Assembly: GCA_002104905.1 (NCBI GenBank)
Contig: MCFE01000396.1
Location: forward strand, 1 to 64,000
Reading direction: 5' to 3'
Length of the DNA stretch: 64,000 nucleotides
Source: Basidiobolus meristosporus CBS 931.73
Taxonomy: Eukaryota; Fungi; Basidiobolomycota
The notes beneath the pieces are model-generated. The model was given only the letters and a program-made list of their open reading frames with translations. It did not search any database and had not been told where the DNA came from. The translations under genes were made by a program, and so were the position numbers. Below are positions 11,850 to 23,387 of this stretch, piece after piece; position 1 is the first letter of the stretch, and every line of letters starts with the position of its first letter.

Positions 11850-12175
11850 ACACCTAAATACTTACCTAACTTAGTCACTTGGATCATCTTCTACAAGCCT
11901 TAAAGAATTCTACCCTAGTTTCTTTTGGGATTTACTTGGAATATTATCACCAAAACACCAAGTACCCAGAACATGAAGGTTTCAAAATTGCTCAAGCAGC
12001 CCCAAACTTAGCACACATGTGCTTGCAACCTTCCTGAGCATATTTGGCATGGTTTTTTCCAGACCATGTAGAAGTACAAATATTACTTTTGCTTTCAATA
12101 AATCATTAAATTAAGGCAACATAGTTTTCTTTATCTCCCAGTCACTTACAATATCTCCAAAACTCTTACAACACT
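11850..12175 (-). repeat. ~320-bp repeat family, copy 5 (inverted relative to copy 4)
   Basis: Reverse complement reads TGTTGTAAGAGTTTTGGAGATATT...AATGATTTATTG...ACATGTGTGCTAAGTTTGGGGCTG...TTCATGTTCTGGGTA...AAGTGACTAAGTTAGGT. Confidence 0.85.
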
Positions 12176-13784
12176 AAATATCACCTTATTGCATGAGCAA
12201 TATTGTAAGTAATTATTAATAAACAATTTGTATAGGGTATTCTAAGACTCACATCAAATAGTCTAGGCAATAAGCTAATGAAATAACTAAGTGTAATTAT
12301 AGAGGTGTACATCAGTAGGTACCAGTGGCAACTAACATTAGTGTGCAAGCTTTGCCTAATATGCCAGCAGCATGTGCTTACTTCTCAATTGCGATGTTAT
12401 AAACCTACCTTCAGTTCTTCAATCATCAGCCATATACAAAGTTTCAGCAGAATTATTGTGAGATAAAGTTTACTTCAATGCAGTGAGAATAAATTCTTGC
12501 TAGAGTTATTTAGTCTACCTCTTGTATTTTCCATGTAGCAAGCCAGTTGCAAAATGATGAGTTGGTTTTTTGCAGCATAGTTTCCAATAACCACATATTG
12601 AATTTGTTGCATGGTGGGTATTTTGCGGTAGTAATTTGGAACTATCAAATAATAGCAAAAAGTTAGGTAGGCCAGAATGCATACTGAAAATATTAAATGC
12701 ACTTTGTGTGTATTCAGTTTTTTTGTTGGTGGTAGATCAAATCTAGGATTTTACATGCCAACGGCTTTCTTCCCACTAGTGATCCTAGTATGGTCAACCT
12801 GAGCAAGTAGCATGGAGATACTTCAATAAGCTAAGCTCTTCTGCAACTTTATTGCCCAAGAGTTGCAATTGAGCAAACTGTTGGAATATAATGCATGAAA
12901 CATTGAACATGATGTATTTACCACTGTTTTGACTTACTGGTAGTCCCGAAGAGTATGGATGTTGGCTTCGGGTTACGAAGCTGCTTCTGCTCTAACACTA
13001 CAGTGTGCAAATTGTTGTTAGATCTACACCACACAATCAAGCTTTACTATGCTCTTCAGTATTGTGGTAGTTGATATATTATGTCGGATGATATGGCAAG
13101 GTCATTGGCCGACAAACCGCCAATCAAAGAAAAAGCCAGGATTAAACTTTACCAGCCATAAGGAAAGCATCAGTAAGTTATTTCAGGTGCAGATCTCGTG
13201 ATAAGATGATGGCATGAAATCATGTGAAAGCCTTGCTTCAATGCCTAGCTTTTGATCGAACACCAAGGAAAGAGTGATGCCCCAACTCCTTATCAGTAAT
13301 TAGTCTCCATTTGAACATCGTATTACTTGGTTGGTATTCTGATTGGCGTCCAATGAAAGCGCAAACTTAATGATTAAATATAATCACCTTATTTCATTAA
13401 AAGTGGTACAATTTACCATGGGGTGGGGTAACCCCTCAACAGCTGTTGGTCTCGATTTTTTTTGCTTTAATCGAGGTTCTCTTGTTTTCAAGCCGTTGTT
13501 TGGTTTTGGAGGACTATCTTATATTTACTTCTTGAATAGATTCTACTTCCACGCCTCTATTCTACGTTACCAATTTCACATATCTGCTGGTGCTTTATTG
13601 TATTCGTATAGGTAAATATATGTATTCTATGTTATGCTTGGTTGGCTTTCCTCCCTCCTCTTATGCCGAAGCTGAGGGTTGGTACTAGCACTTTGTCACC
13701 ATCTCGGGCCACTTTCCTCTCTCATCTGTGTTCATTAGCTATAGTTCTTGTTGTTAACCCTTTATCGTCTTCGTCTAGAACAAG

Positions 13785-16588
13785 ATGTCTGCTATTACTG
13801 ATAAAGAGCAAATCGAAAACCCCATCTCCAACCAAGATGAGGTTGTAGTCGCTGGTGTTCCAGATGTTGCCGAGGAATCCGGCAACGCATCAAAGAATAA
13901 GAAGAAGAAGAACAAGAAGAAGAAGAAGAAGAATGCTATTGACACCGCCACAACTCAAGAGGACACCTCAGCCCCCAACACCCCTACCACTGAACAACAG
14001 CCTGAAATACTCGCTGGTAAGTTTTTACTAGCGATCTTTGTCGACTGAATGGAGTAACTTAGCCTGTTGGTTGAAATCAAATAGATCAAGGTCTTGTAGA
14101 AGATTCCAAAGTAGATCTTGAAAACGAAAAGTTCCAAACTTTAGTCGAGCCAGAGGTCGAGCCCGAACTACCTGCGGTAGAGAAGGTTCAGGAGGAAGCC
14201 AGTCAATTAGAGACTCCCAACAAAGTGGAGCAAAATGAACTTGAAGTTTTACCTCTTGTCGAGGAAACCCCTAAAGCTGAGGAAAAGAAGGAGGAAGTTG
14301 TCGCAGATGCTGCTGTGCCAGCTAAGGAGGAGACTGTCGATGTCGTAGAGCCCACAGAAGAAAAAGCTGCTGAAGTAGTTGAATCTACTAAGGAAGAGGT
14401 TGCTGAAACTGTCGAATCCGCCAAAGAAGTCCCTGAAGAAAAGGCTATCGAGACAGTAGAGACCACCAAAGAAGAAGTCGCAGTGGTTGCTGAAAACACC
14501 CAAGAAAAGGCTACTGAGATCGTTGAGGCCACAGCTGAAACTGTCGAGCCTGTCAAGGAGGAGGTCACTGAAGTTGCTGAAGCCACTGAAGAGAAGGCTG
14601 CTGAGACCGTACAGGCTGCCAAGGAGGAGGTTGTTGAAGTTGCTGAAGCTACTCAAGAGAAGGCTGCTGAAGCTACAGAGGTCGCTGCTGAGACTGTCGA
14701 GGCTGCCAAGGAAGAGGTTGCTGAAGTTACAGAGGCCACTGAGGAGAAGGCTACTGAAGCTACCGAGGTCGCTGCTGAGACTGTCGAGCCTGTCAAAGAG
14801 AAGATCACTGAAGTTACTGAAGCTACTCAAGAAAAGGCTGCTGAAGTTGCTGAAACCACCCAAGAGAAGGCTGCTGAGGCTACAGAGGTCGCTGCCGAAA
14901 CCGTTGAATCTGCCAAGGAAGAGGCTGCCGAAGTTGTTGAGGCTACTCAAGAGAAGGCTGCTGAGACTGTCGAGACTGCCAAGGAGGAGGTCGCTGAAGT
15001 TGCGGAAACCACTCAAGAGAAGGCTGCTGAGGTTGCTGAGGCTTCTGCTGAGACTGTGAAGGCAGCCAAGGAGGAGGTTGCTGAAGTTGCTGAAACCACT
15101 CAAGAGAAGGCTGCAGAGTCTGTCGAATCTGCTAAAGAACAAGTTGTTGAGGTTGCTGAAGCCACTCAAGAGAAGGCTGCTGAGACTGTCGAGGCTGCCA
15201 AGGAAGAGGTTGTTGAGGTTACTGAGGCCACACAAGAGAAGACTGCTGAAGCTGCTGAGGTCGTTGCCGAAACTGTTAAGGCTGCCAAGGAAGAGGCTGC
15301 CGAAGTTGCTGAAACCACTGAGGAGAAGGCTACCGAGGCCGTTGAGGTTGCTGCTGAGACCGTCGAGGCTGCCAAGGAGGAGGTCGTCGAAGTTGCTAAA
15401 GCTACTCAAGAAAAGGCTGCTGAAGTTGCTGAAACCACCCAAGAGAAGGCTGCTGAGGCTACAGAGGTCGCTGCCGAAACTGTTGAATCTGCCAAGGAAG
15501 AGGCTGCCGAAGTTGTTGAGGCTACTCAAGAGAAGGCTGCTGAGACTGTCGAGGCTGCCAAGGAGGAGATCGTTGAAGTTGCTGAAACTGCTCAAGAGAA
15601 GGCTGCTGAAGCTACACAGGTCGCTGCCGAAACTGTTGAATCTGCCAAGGAAGAGGTTGCCGAAGTTGTTGAGGCTACTCAAGAGAAGGCTGCTGAGGCT
15701 GTTGAGGTTGCCAAGGAGGAGGCCGTTGAAGTTGTTGAAGCCACTCAAAACAAGGCTGCTGAAGTCGCTACAGCTGTCGCTGAAGTAGCTGAGGCTGCAC
15801 AAGAGAAGGCTGCTGAGACTGTAGAGGCCGTCAAAGAAGTGGCTGCTGAAGTTGTTGAAACTGTTGCTGAAACTGTCGAACCTGTCAAGGAAAAGGCCGT
15901 CGAAGTTGCCGAAGCCGCTCAAGAGAAGGTTGCTGAAGCTATCGAAGCCCCTGTAGCTCCTGTTGAGCCTTCGCAAGAAATCAGTACTGCCGATGTGGAG
16001 GCACCCAAGGAAGTTACTCCTGAAGCCCCTGTCGCCGTTGAGCAAATTACTCAGGCTGTTGACGAAATCAACCAGAAGGTCGCTGATATTGTCCAACCTT
16101 ATGTGGAACAAGCCAGTGAAGCTCTCGAGCCAATTCTCAACAAGACTACCGAGGTCTCTGCACAAGCAGTTGAATCTATCCAGTCGGCTGTTGGTGAGAT
16201 TGTTAGCACAGTCACTCAAAACTCTCCCGAGGAGAAGGCAGCAAGCGAAGTCACTGAGGTTCCCATCGTAGCTGTTGAGGAACCAGAGGCCAAGGGAAAG
16301 CAGCCTCTTGATGCCACTATTTCGGAGGAGGATATTCAAGCCAAGATCGCTGAAGCCGTTGAATCCATCAAGTCCCCAGCAGAAACCGTCCCACCCAAGG
16401 CAGCCACCTTAACAGCGAAGCAACTTCGCCACCTCCAAGAGACTGACGCACAAGCCAGACCCTCTTCAATGGTTGAAACTTCCCGCAAGGATGCCAAGGA
16501 GCGCCCCTACTCCGTAGCATCTACATCGGCCCTTTCTGATCACAAGGCAACCCCCGAGAAGAAGAAGAGCATGTGCATCGTCTGCTAA
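13785..16588 (+). CDS. ~911-aa low-complexity A/E/K/T/V repeat protein with N-terminal poly-Lys and C-terminal CaaX (CIVC); 2 exons
   Basis: Exon 1 is 13785-14016, a GT-AG intron spans 14017-14084, and exon 2 continues in frame into the 787-aa ORF. Repeats TQEKAAE, ATEVAAE and TVEAAKEEVVEVAEA. Ends KKKSMCIVC*. Confidence 0.85.
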
Positions 16589-17310
16589 GCACGCCACCAT
16601 TCAACCACAACCATTTCCCGAATCTCGTTTAATTGCTCTATTCAAACGCGTCCTCTTTATCACTTATTTTGCCAACATAATATTTATTCTGGATTCCCAC
16701 CCACAATACCATACATAAATGCAGCCATTTCCCAAGTTTATCTGTTGCGCAAAGTTGATTTCCTCCATTGTCCACCCATTGCCAGTATGCCTGTAGAATA
16801 AAGTACTTATCCACCACGCATGTGACTTCATTGGCACGGCCATATATGGCTCCAAAATAGATGGATCGCAACGAATCATCTCCATTCAGCATGACTCATT
16901 TTCTGAGCAAATGACAACATCCAGTGGCTTGGTGACAGGCTGCCTACTCCTCTTTACCTTCGATGAAATCGACGTATATGCGCCGGGCTATATGGCCGCC
17001 GTTGGTATTGCTCGCATTGTGGTTGTGCTTCCCGTTGCGGTGAAGTGAGTAGGTGCGCGAGCTATGGCGAGGTCTTGCGCTAGGAAGCATGGCGATGATC
17101 ACTAATTGGCTGATTCAACTGCATCTCCGAAATAGTCCATTTCCCAATCCAAAATAGTCCATTTTCGCAACCGATCTGTACGGTTATTCGCCCGGGGATG
17201 ATTCCCAAGATTATATCCTATTTCCACATTCGCCAAAGCGGTTGACCATCCTCTTATCAACGCACTTCCTTGCGCTAGTAGAGTGGCCTTTGTTTAGAAC
17301 GAGATACAGC

Positions 17311-19690
17311 ATGAAGGTTACCAGTAGAATTCAGCAGGCCCTTGAGGAAAAGCGTCCCTTCTGGTCTTTCGAATACTTCCCGCCCAAGACGGATGAGGTA
17401 AGATTCCTGTAGCCATTTCCACCGTCATTACCACTTCACGGAGCCCAAGTCCTCACCTCCTGCACTTAGGGTGTTGAGAATCTTTTCGAACGTATTCAGC
17501 GCATGTCGGGGTTGAATCCGGAGTTCATCGATGTCACTTGGGGCGCAGGCGGCTCGACTTCTGATAGAACCTTGGAGATTTGCACCACCGCACAGGCGTA
17601 CCAGAATCTGGAAACGTGCATGCACCTAACCTGCACGAACATGACCAAGAGTAAGATAGACTTTGCTCTCAAGGTGAGGTTTGGCTTCTTCATATCCCCA
17701 CAGTTCCTCGATCTAAACTCCCGCTCCACTAGGAAGCCAAAGCCGCTGGGATACAGAACATTCTGGCCTTGAGAGGAGGTAACCTACACATATGGTATGG
17801 AGGAGTCCAAGAACGACAGACTAATTCCAGCTCCAGATCCCCCTCGGAACCATGAATATGCCAACGAGTGCGAGACTCAGTTCAGATATGCCTTCGACCT
17901 GGTCAGTTACATTCGCCAGGAACATGGGGATTACTTCTGCATCGGCGTCGCTGGTAAATAGGGAATTTTTTGGGTTTCATGTGGATGGTTATTGAGCGAG
18001 TTGGTAGGTTATCCCGAGGGGCAGCCCGAGTCCGAGAGCAAGGAAAAAGACCTCGAGTATCTAAAGCTGAAGGTGGACGCCGGAAGCGATTTTGTGATGT
18101 CCCAAATCTTTTTCGACCCGCAGCTGTTCTTGAGATTTGTCGAGGACTGTCGTGCGATCGGTAAGTGGATCGACCATGCATTGCTCCGCGCCAGATCTTC
18201 TAATCTTCTCGCCAACAACCAGGCATCACGGTCCCGATCCTCCCCGGCATCATGCCTATCCAGACCTACACCAGCTTCCGTCGACTGACCAACCTATGTC
18301 AAATCGAGGTGCCGACGCAAATCTTGGAGACCCTGGAGTCCATCAAGGTTTCACGCTTGCCAACTCGCCTGCATTTCTGGACAGATACTGACTAGTTGCC
18401 ACTACAGCATGACGACCAAGCAGTCAAGGAGTACGGGGTGAAGCTTTGCATAGAAATGATACAGGAGCTGCGTAAAGGCGGGGTGAACGGATTCCACTTC
18501 TGCACTCTGAATCTGGAGAGGTCGGTCAGGTTGATTCTGGAGGGCTGCGGGTTCGTCAGCAAGCAGCTCACCAAGATAGATGGCCTACCAAAGGTATTCC
18601 GATACTCCCACCGAATCCTATGATCCCACCCGCTTACCGTAATTTTAGCAGGCGAACGGCCACACAGCGCCGATTCAGCCCACCGTGCTTGAGGGGATCA
18701 TTATGCAAAACGAGAGTTGGGATGAGTTCCCCAACGGTAGATGGGGAGACTCGCGTTCACCTGGTACGTTGCCTATTTCATTCGAATGCCACGCCACACA
18801 ACTAATGGTATCGCGCTACGCTACTGCAGCCTATGGTGAAATGGATGGTTACGGTGCATCTCTGAAAGTCACAGTATGTTGGCTCCATTGCGTTGTGAGC
18901 GATCCCCTGCCCAACTAATCACCTTCCTAGATGCAAGAAGCTATCGCACTCTGGGGATACCCTGTTGACAACGACGACATCTCCGCACTGTTCTCCAAAT
19001 ACATCCAAGGCCAGCTAAAGGCCCTTCCCTGGTCTGACGAGCCACTATTTGCAGAAACGAACGCCATTGGCGAGAAGCTGGCTGATCTGAACTCCAAGGG
19101 ATATTGGACAGTTGGCAGTCAGCCAGCAGTCAATGGTGTGCGCAGCAATGACCCGGTGTTCGGCTGGGGTCCCAAGAACGGATACATCTATCAAAAGGTC
19201 AGTCTTCCTGCTGCTATGTTGCGCTTCAAGCACATCTGCTCACACAGCCCCTCAGGCATTCCTCGAGTTCTTCACCTCACCTGAGAAACTGGCCGAGCTT
19301 CTTGCAAAAGCGGCAAGCAACCCATTCATCACGTTCTATGCACAAAACACAAAGGTAACGAAGCTGCGGCTGCTGTGAATGCTGGTACGCAAGGCTAACG
19401 CACCACCGTAGGGCGATTTCAAGACGAACGTCGAGCTGGAAGAGCCGAATGCCGTCACCTGGGGAGTCTTCCCTAGCAGAGAGATTGCCCAGCCAACGGT
19501 GATAGAAAGGGGCAGTTTTGAGGCATGGGCCGAGGAGGCGTTCCAGATTTGGAATGAGTGGAAAATGATCTATCCACCACAAAGCCCGTCGGCCAAGCTG
19601 ATCCAAGAAATCGGCGACACCTACTACCTGGTGAATATCGTCCATAATGATTTCCAGAACGCCGATGCCATCTTCGCCCTCTTTCAGTAA
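17311..19690 (+). CDS. MET13: Methylenetetrahydrofolate reductase, multi-exon
   Basis: FWSFEYFPPKT, FIDVTWGAGG, CMHLTCTN, LALRGDPP, GYPEG, KVDAGSDFVMSQIFFD, ILPGIMPIQTY and HFCTLNLE, plus the eukaryotic C-terminal domain (WDEFPNGRWGDSRSP, WGPKNGYIYQK, NAVTWGVFP). Exons join in frame where checked. Confidence 0.95.
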
Positions 19691-19720
19691 CGGCCTCACA
19701 CAACACGCACTACATCAAAT

Positions 19721-19747
19721 CACCACCACCACCACCACCACCACCAC
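19721..19747 (+). repeat. (CAC)9 microsatellite in the MET13 3' region
   Basis: CACCACCAC... read directly. Confidence 0.9.
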
Positions 19748-19909
19748 AGACTCTAATGCTTCTAAATAAATCATGCATTCACTCAGCGATCACGCACAGA
19801 AGGGACAGGTTTTATTTACGCCGACCATAGATTAGAGTGGACGCGTTGTAGTATAGGTCGGCTTGGTGGGAAAACAAAGGGCAGTTGGGGTAATATACAT
19901 CGGGGTCGC

Positions 19910-22143
19910 TCAGCAGCTTGTCAATGCCTGTGACCAGAGGGATTGAGCTTTGGCAAAATCAAAGTGTTCCACACTTGGCCCCTCCAGATAGACAAGCATC
20001 TGCATGGCGATTGCTTTGACATCTGGTTTGTTTCCGCTCGCCTCGGGCCTCTGCTTTGTCTTTTTGGTACGGTTGTGATAGGCGAAGCCGACCTCACACT
20101 CCATCATCGAGGTGGGCAGTGACAGCAGCCTCTCCATCAACTTGACCGTCTCGGGGTATCTCAAGCGAAAGCTGTTCTCGGTGAGAACGTTCTTGCACAT
20201 CGCGTCGAACGAAGTGTTTGCATAGGAGCATGCGATGTGTGTGCGGAAGATGAGGAACTCCCTCTTGAATTCGAACGGATCCACCACGTTCCTGTGGCTC
20301 TGCCCGGCTGCATCCAGTCGATCCTTACCGAAATATTGCACCAATATGGCGCATTCGGTGTTTCCGAAATTCTCCAAGCTGTTGATGTTTGCCGGATACG
20401 CTCGCGGATCAAGGATGGAGAAAGCCGACCAGATCTCCGTCTCTGGAAATCGAACCTCTAGGCTCTTCACCAGCGCCGATGCGTACAGCTTCGCCATGCT
20501 CTCCATCAATACCAGCTCCTCCGCATCCCCGCCCTCTATCGAGCCTAGGAATTCGGGGAGGAACACGCCGCCAACCGAATTTCCCAGGTAGATGGAGCGA
20601 ATCATGTAGATGGTGGACTGCACTTGCTGCCGGATCTCCGTCGACGAAACCGATTGGCTCATGAACACCTTGTTCAGCACCTTGACACACGACAATATAT
20701 CCACCAGGAAGAACAGCGTGTACTGGAACTGAAGGCTGGACACGATGTCCAGAAGATGGCTGGCTTGGCGGTCCTCCTTGGCGCTCTCTTCCAGGCAGCT
20801 CACCACCATACTCAGTGATCGGGCCACGTTTTCTATCGCGTTCGAGGACAACAGCCAGTAGGGGCTAGATATCTCCAACACATCCGCCTCGTTCTCCGCC
20901 CCCTGCGGCTGAGATAGCTTCAGCTCGCTCATGCGCGTAGGGAACCTAGCCAGGTAGCTGAAGAGTGCTTTCATGTCCGACTCGAACTGCTTGACTTGTG
21001 GGGCGGCTTCGGCGGCGTCCTGTGCGATCAGTGAGAGCCCATGGATGATGGAGTGCACCGAGAGCATGAAAGGAGACTGCCGCCTGAGTATCTCGGCAAC
21101 TCCGGACTCCTTCATCACCACGTGGGAGCCGTTGCTTGCTAGACCAACCAGCTTCTCGATCTCGATGTTCTTCTCTCTCAGGTAGGTCAGGATGGCCTCG
21201 GAGATTGAGTTCTCGTCCACACTGGCCACCTCGATGATGTCCAGGAACCGCGTTTCGGCCGAGCCATTGACCACGTATTTGACGTAGAGGAAGAAGTAGT
21301 TTTCAAAATCACTTGGCTGGTCCAGCAGAATGGAGAAGGTGCGGCTACTCCGTAATTTCGAGAGGATCTCCTCCTCGATCACCTGTGACAGCACCCGGAG
21401 GTATCTCTTGGAATCGTTCATTTGCTCCTCGGGGATCTCAACTCGATTGCTGTTGAACAGGCTGAAGTGAAAATTTATAAACTCTCCGATATTGTTGAAT
21501 TCCTGCAACGGATGGTTGTTCTTGACCAGGTGATACACTGAGCGGAGCGCGTACTCCACCCAATTGATGGACTTTTTCGGAGTCTCCTGGTGCAGCTCCG
21601 GGGAACCTAAACTGGGCGAGAGTTGTATGCTGTGCACGTTAGGTGCAATGTGTCGGGCGTTGGCGATGTTGGCGACAAATGCCTGGTCGAACGAACTGGA
21701 AACCGACGAGAGTTAGTAAGCGTGCAACACTCCTCATCCGAACCAACTTACCGCTTGGATATAGGGCTTTGAAGGTACCGGTCATCCGGCAACGATACCG
21801 CTAGGTTGGTTTGGATCTCGCTAGAGAAATGCGTCGTTGGAGAGATGGCGGGGGCAAAATTTTGGCTGTTTGAGAGGATGGTGGGGCCGGTGGCAGCACT
21901 GTGAAACTGATCGAGCGCCGCCTTGTGGTCGTTACTTATCGCGTGCTCCTGTATGGCGCTTCTCTTCAAACGAGTGCATCCTTTGGTGAACTTGTTTCGC
22001 TTGTTACCTTGTATACAAAGGGTGCACAGCAAAGCGCCGCCCTGGGGACTGTCGCTACGGCCTAGCCAGTTGAAGTCCTTGGACCACTTTTTGTACAGTC
22101 TATCGAACTTGTTGGCTGCATCATCGGCATCAGACTCGCTCAT
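19910..22143 (-). CDS. ZNF862-like, hAT-transposase-derived protein with N-terminal TTF-type zinc finger; ~725 aa, 2 exons
   Basis: Exon 1 (22143-21752) has WLG...CTLC...KFTKG...AIQEHAISNDH. The GT-AG intron 21751-21696 joins in frame. Exon 2 has FSILLDQPSD, RFLDIIE, GLASNGSHVV, HSIIHGLSL and LPTSMMECEVGF (hAT catalytic/dimerisation fold). Confidence 0.85.
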
Positions 22144-22541
22144 CTCGACCTTTGTTTTTCGTCACTTGTGAGCCCTGCCTGGAGAGACGGAATTTTTTGT
22201 GAGTTGGTGTCTGAACCGGTGGTGAAAAACCTATTCGGCATTGGTCGGCCGAATAAGATGCGCCTTAGGTCACGTTGAACTTGAACCCATGTTAAATATA
22301 TGGAGCCGATTTCCATAATTGGACCCTCGGTGACCATACGCCTGATGACTGAATCAGTTCACCGATATGTCCGCCGATTTAGTGTAGGTTTCCCGAAGAC
22401 CGGACTCCATAAGAATGACATGACGAGATAATATTTGGAAGCATAAAGCATGTAGTCAAAGAGAAGCTCAGAAATTTATTGAATTCAAAGTCGCGAGTCT
22501 CCAAGTTCATGAAGCAGAGGGATGTCTCGACAGCTAAGCGC

Positions 22542-22871
22542 TTAATCGAAAAGACCGAAGCCCATATCGTCATCAGACTCTTCCTTGGCTTCCTCCTTGG
22601 CCTCCTCAGCAGCAGGAGCGTCGGCGGCACCACCAGCGGCGGCACCAGCGGCAGGGGCAGCAGCACCACCAGATGGAACTGAAGCGAGCTTCTCCTTACC
22701 TTCGGCAATGAGCTCTTGGACGTTCTTGCCCTCCAATTCGGAGATCAACTTGTTGAGGCGCTCAGAGTCGGCCTCGATACCGACAGAGGAGAGGAGCTTC
22801 TCGATGTCAGAAGCAGCGGGGGATTCGTTTCCACCGAGGGTGAGGAGAAGGTAGGCAGCAATATAACGCAT
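22542..22871 (-). CDS. RPP2: 60S acidic ribosomal protein P2
   Basis: [15 protein letters not shown]...[13 protein letters not shown]. Confidence 0.97.
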   Translation of the reverse strand: MRYIAAYLLLTLGGNESPAASDIEKLLSSVGIEADSERLNKLISELEGKNVQELIAEGKEKLASVPSGGAAAPAAGAAAGGAADAPAAEEAKEEAKEESDDDMGFGLFD

Positions 22872-23387
22872 CTTTAAAGCTACAGAAAGGATACTGAATT
22901 AGTTACTGAACGTCAAGCACAGAGCAAATCGTTGGAAGATCGCGGTGACTCCATCCCAAAACGCCCATTCATCCATTGAATCCAGTCACACAAGTCTCCC
23001 AACGAATGGATGCGATGCAACGGGTCTTACCAGTTGGTGTTTCGTGAGGTCAAGAAACTTGGGGCTCGAATACGAAAGAGAAAGAAACCCCTTGGTTACT
23101 CTAGATTCTTTTGTAATCGAGAGGCACCCCCCATCCACTATCGGGCAATAGGCACCGAAAAAAATGCTTCGTTCTCCCGGGTAAATGCCCCAGACGCAGC
23201 GAACCAGATGCGCTGAGATTCACTGACCGGAAGTCGTGATCCAGATGCGATGAGAATTCTGAGAAAATCTTTGTTTTATTGGGATTGTCATTGGGATTGG
23301 TTTGGATTAGAGAGAATGGCAGACCAAATGCAATGCTTGAGAAGCTGTGAATCATATGCATGGGATGGGAAGTGGTGCTTGAATGCT

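Larger units (their letters stand above)
10700..13000. mobile_element. Second AT-rich, CpG-depleted block, probably decayed transposon relics
   Basis: About 5 CpG in 11401-12900. No credible ORFs. Contains repeat copies 4 and 5. Confidence 0.55.

Noticed and set aside
14249-16339. 696-aa antisense ORF and several +2-frame Leu/Arg/Lys-rich ORFs over the repeat protein
   Set aside because: Shadows of the GCT/GAA/GAG/AAG-biased sense codons, which rarely create stops in other frames. The products have no protein-like features.
19910-22143. Active hAT transposon
   Set aside because: Second catalytic Asp and the CxxH Cys are substituted, an intron is present, no TIRs were noticed, and there is no CpG decay.
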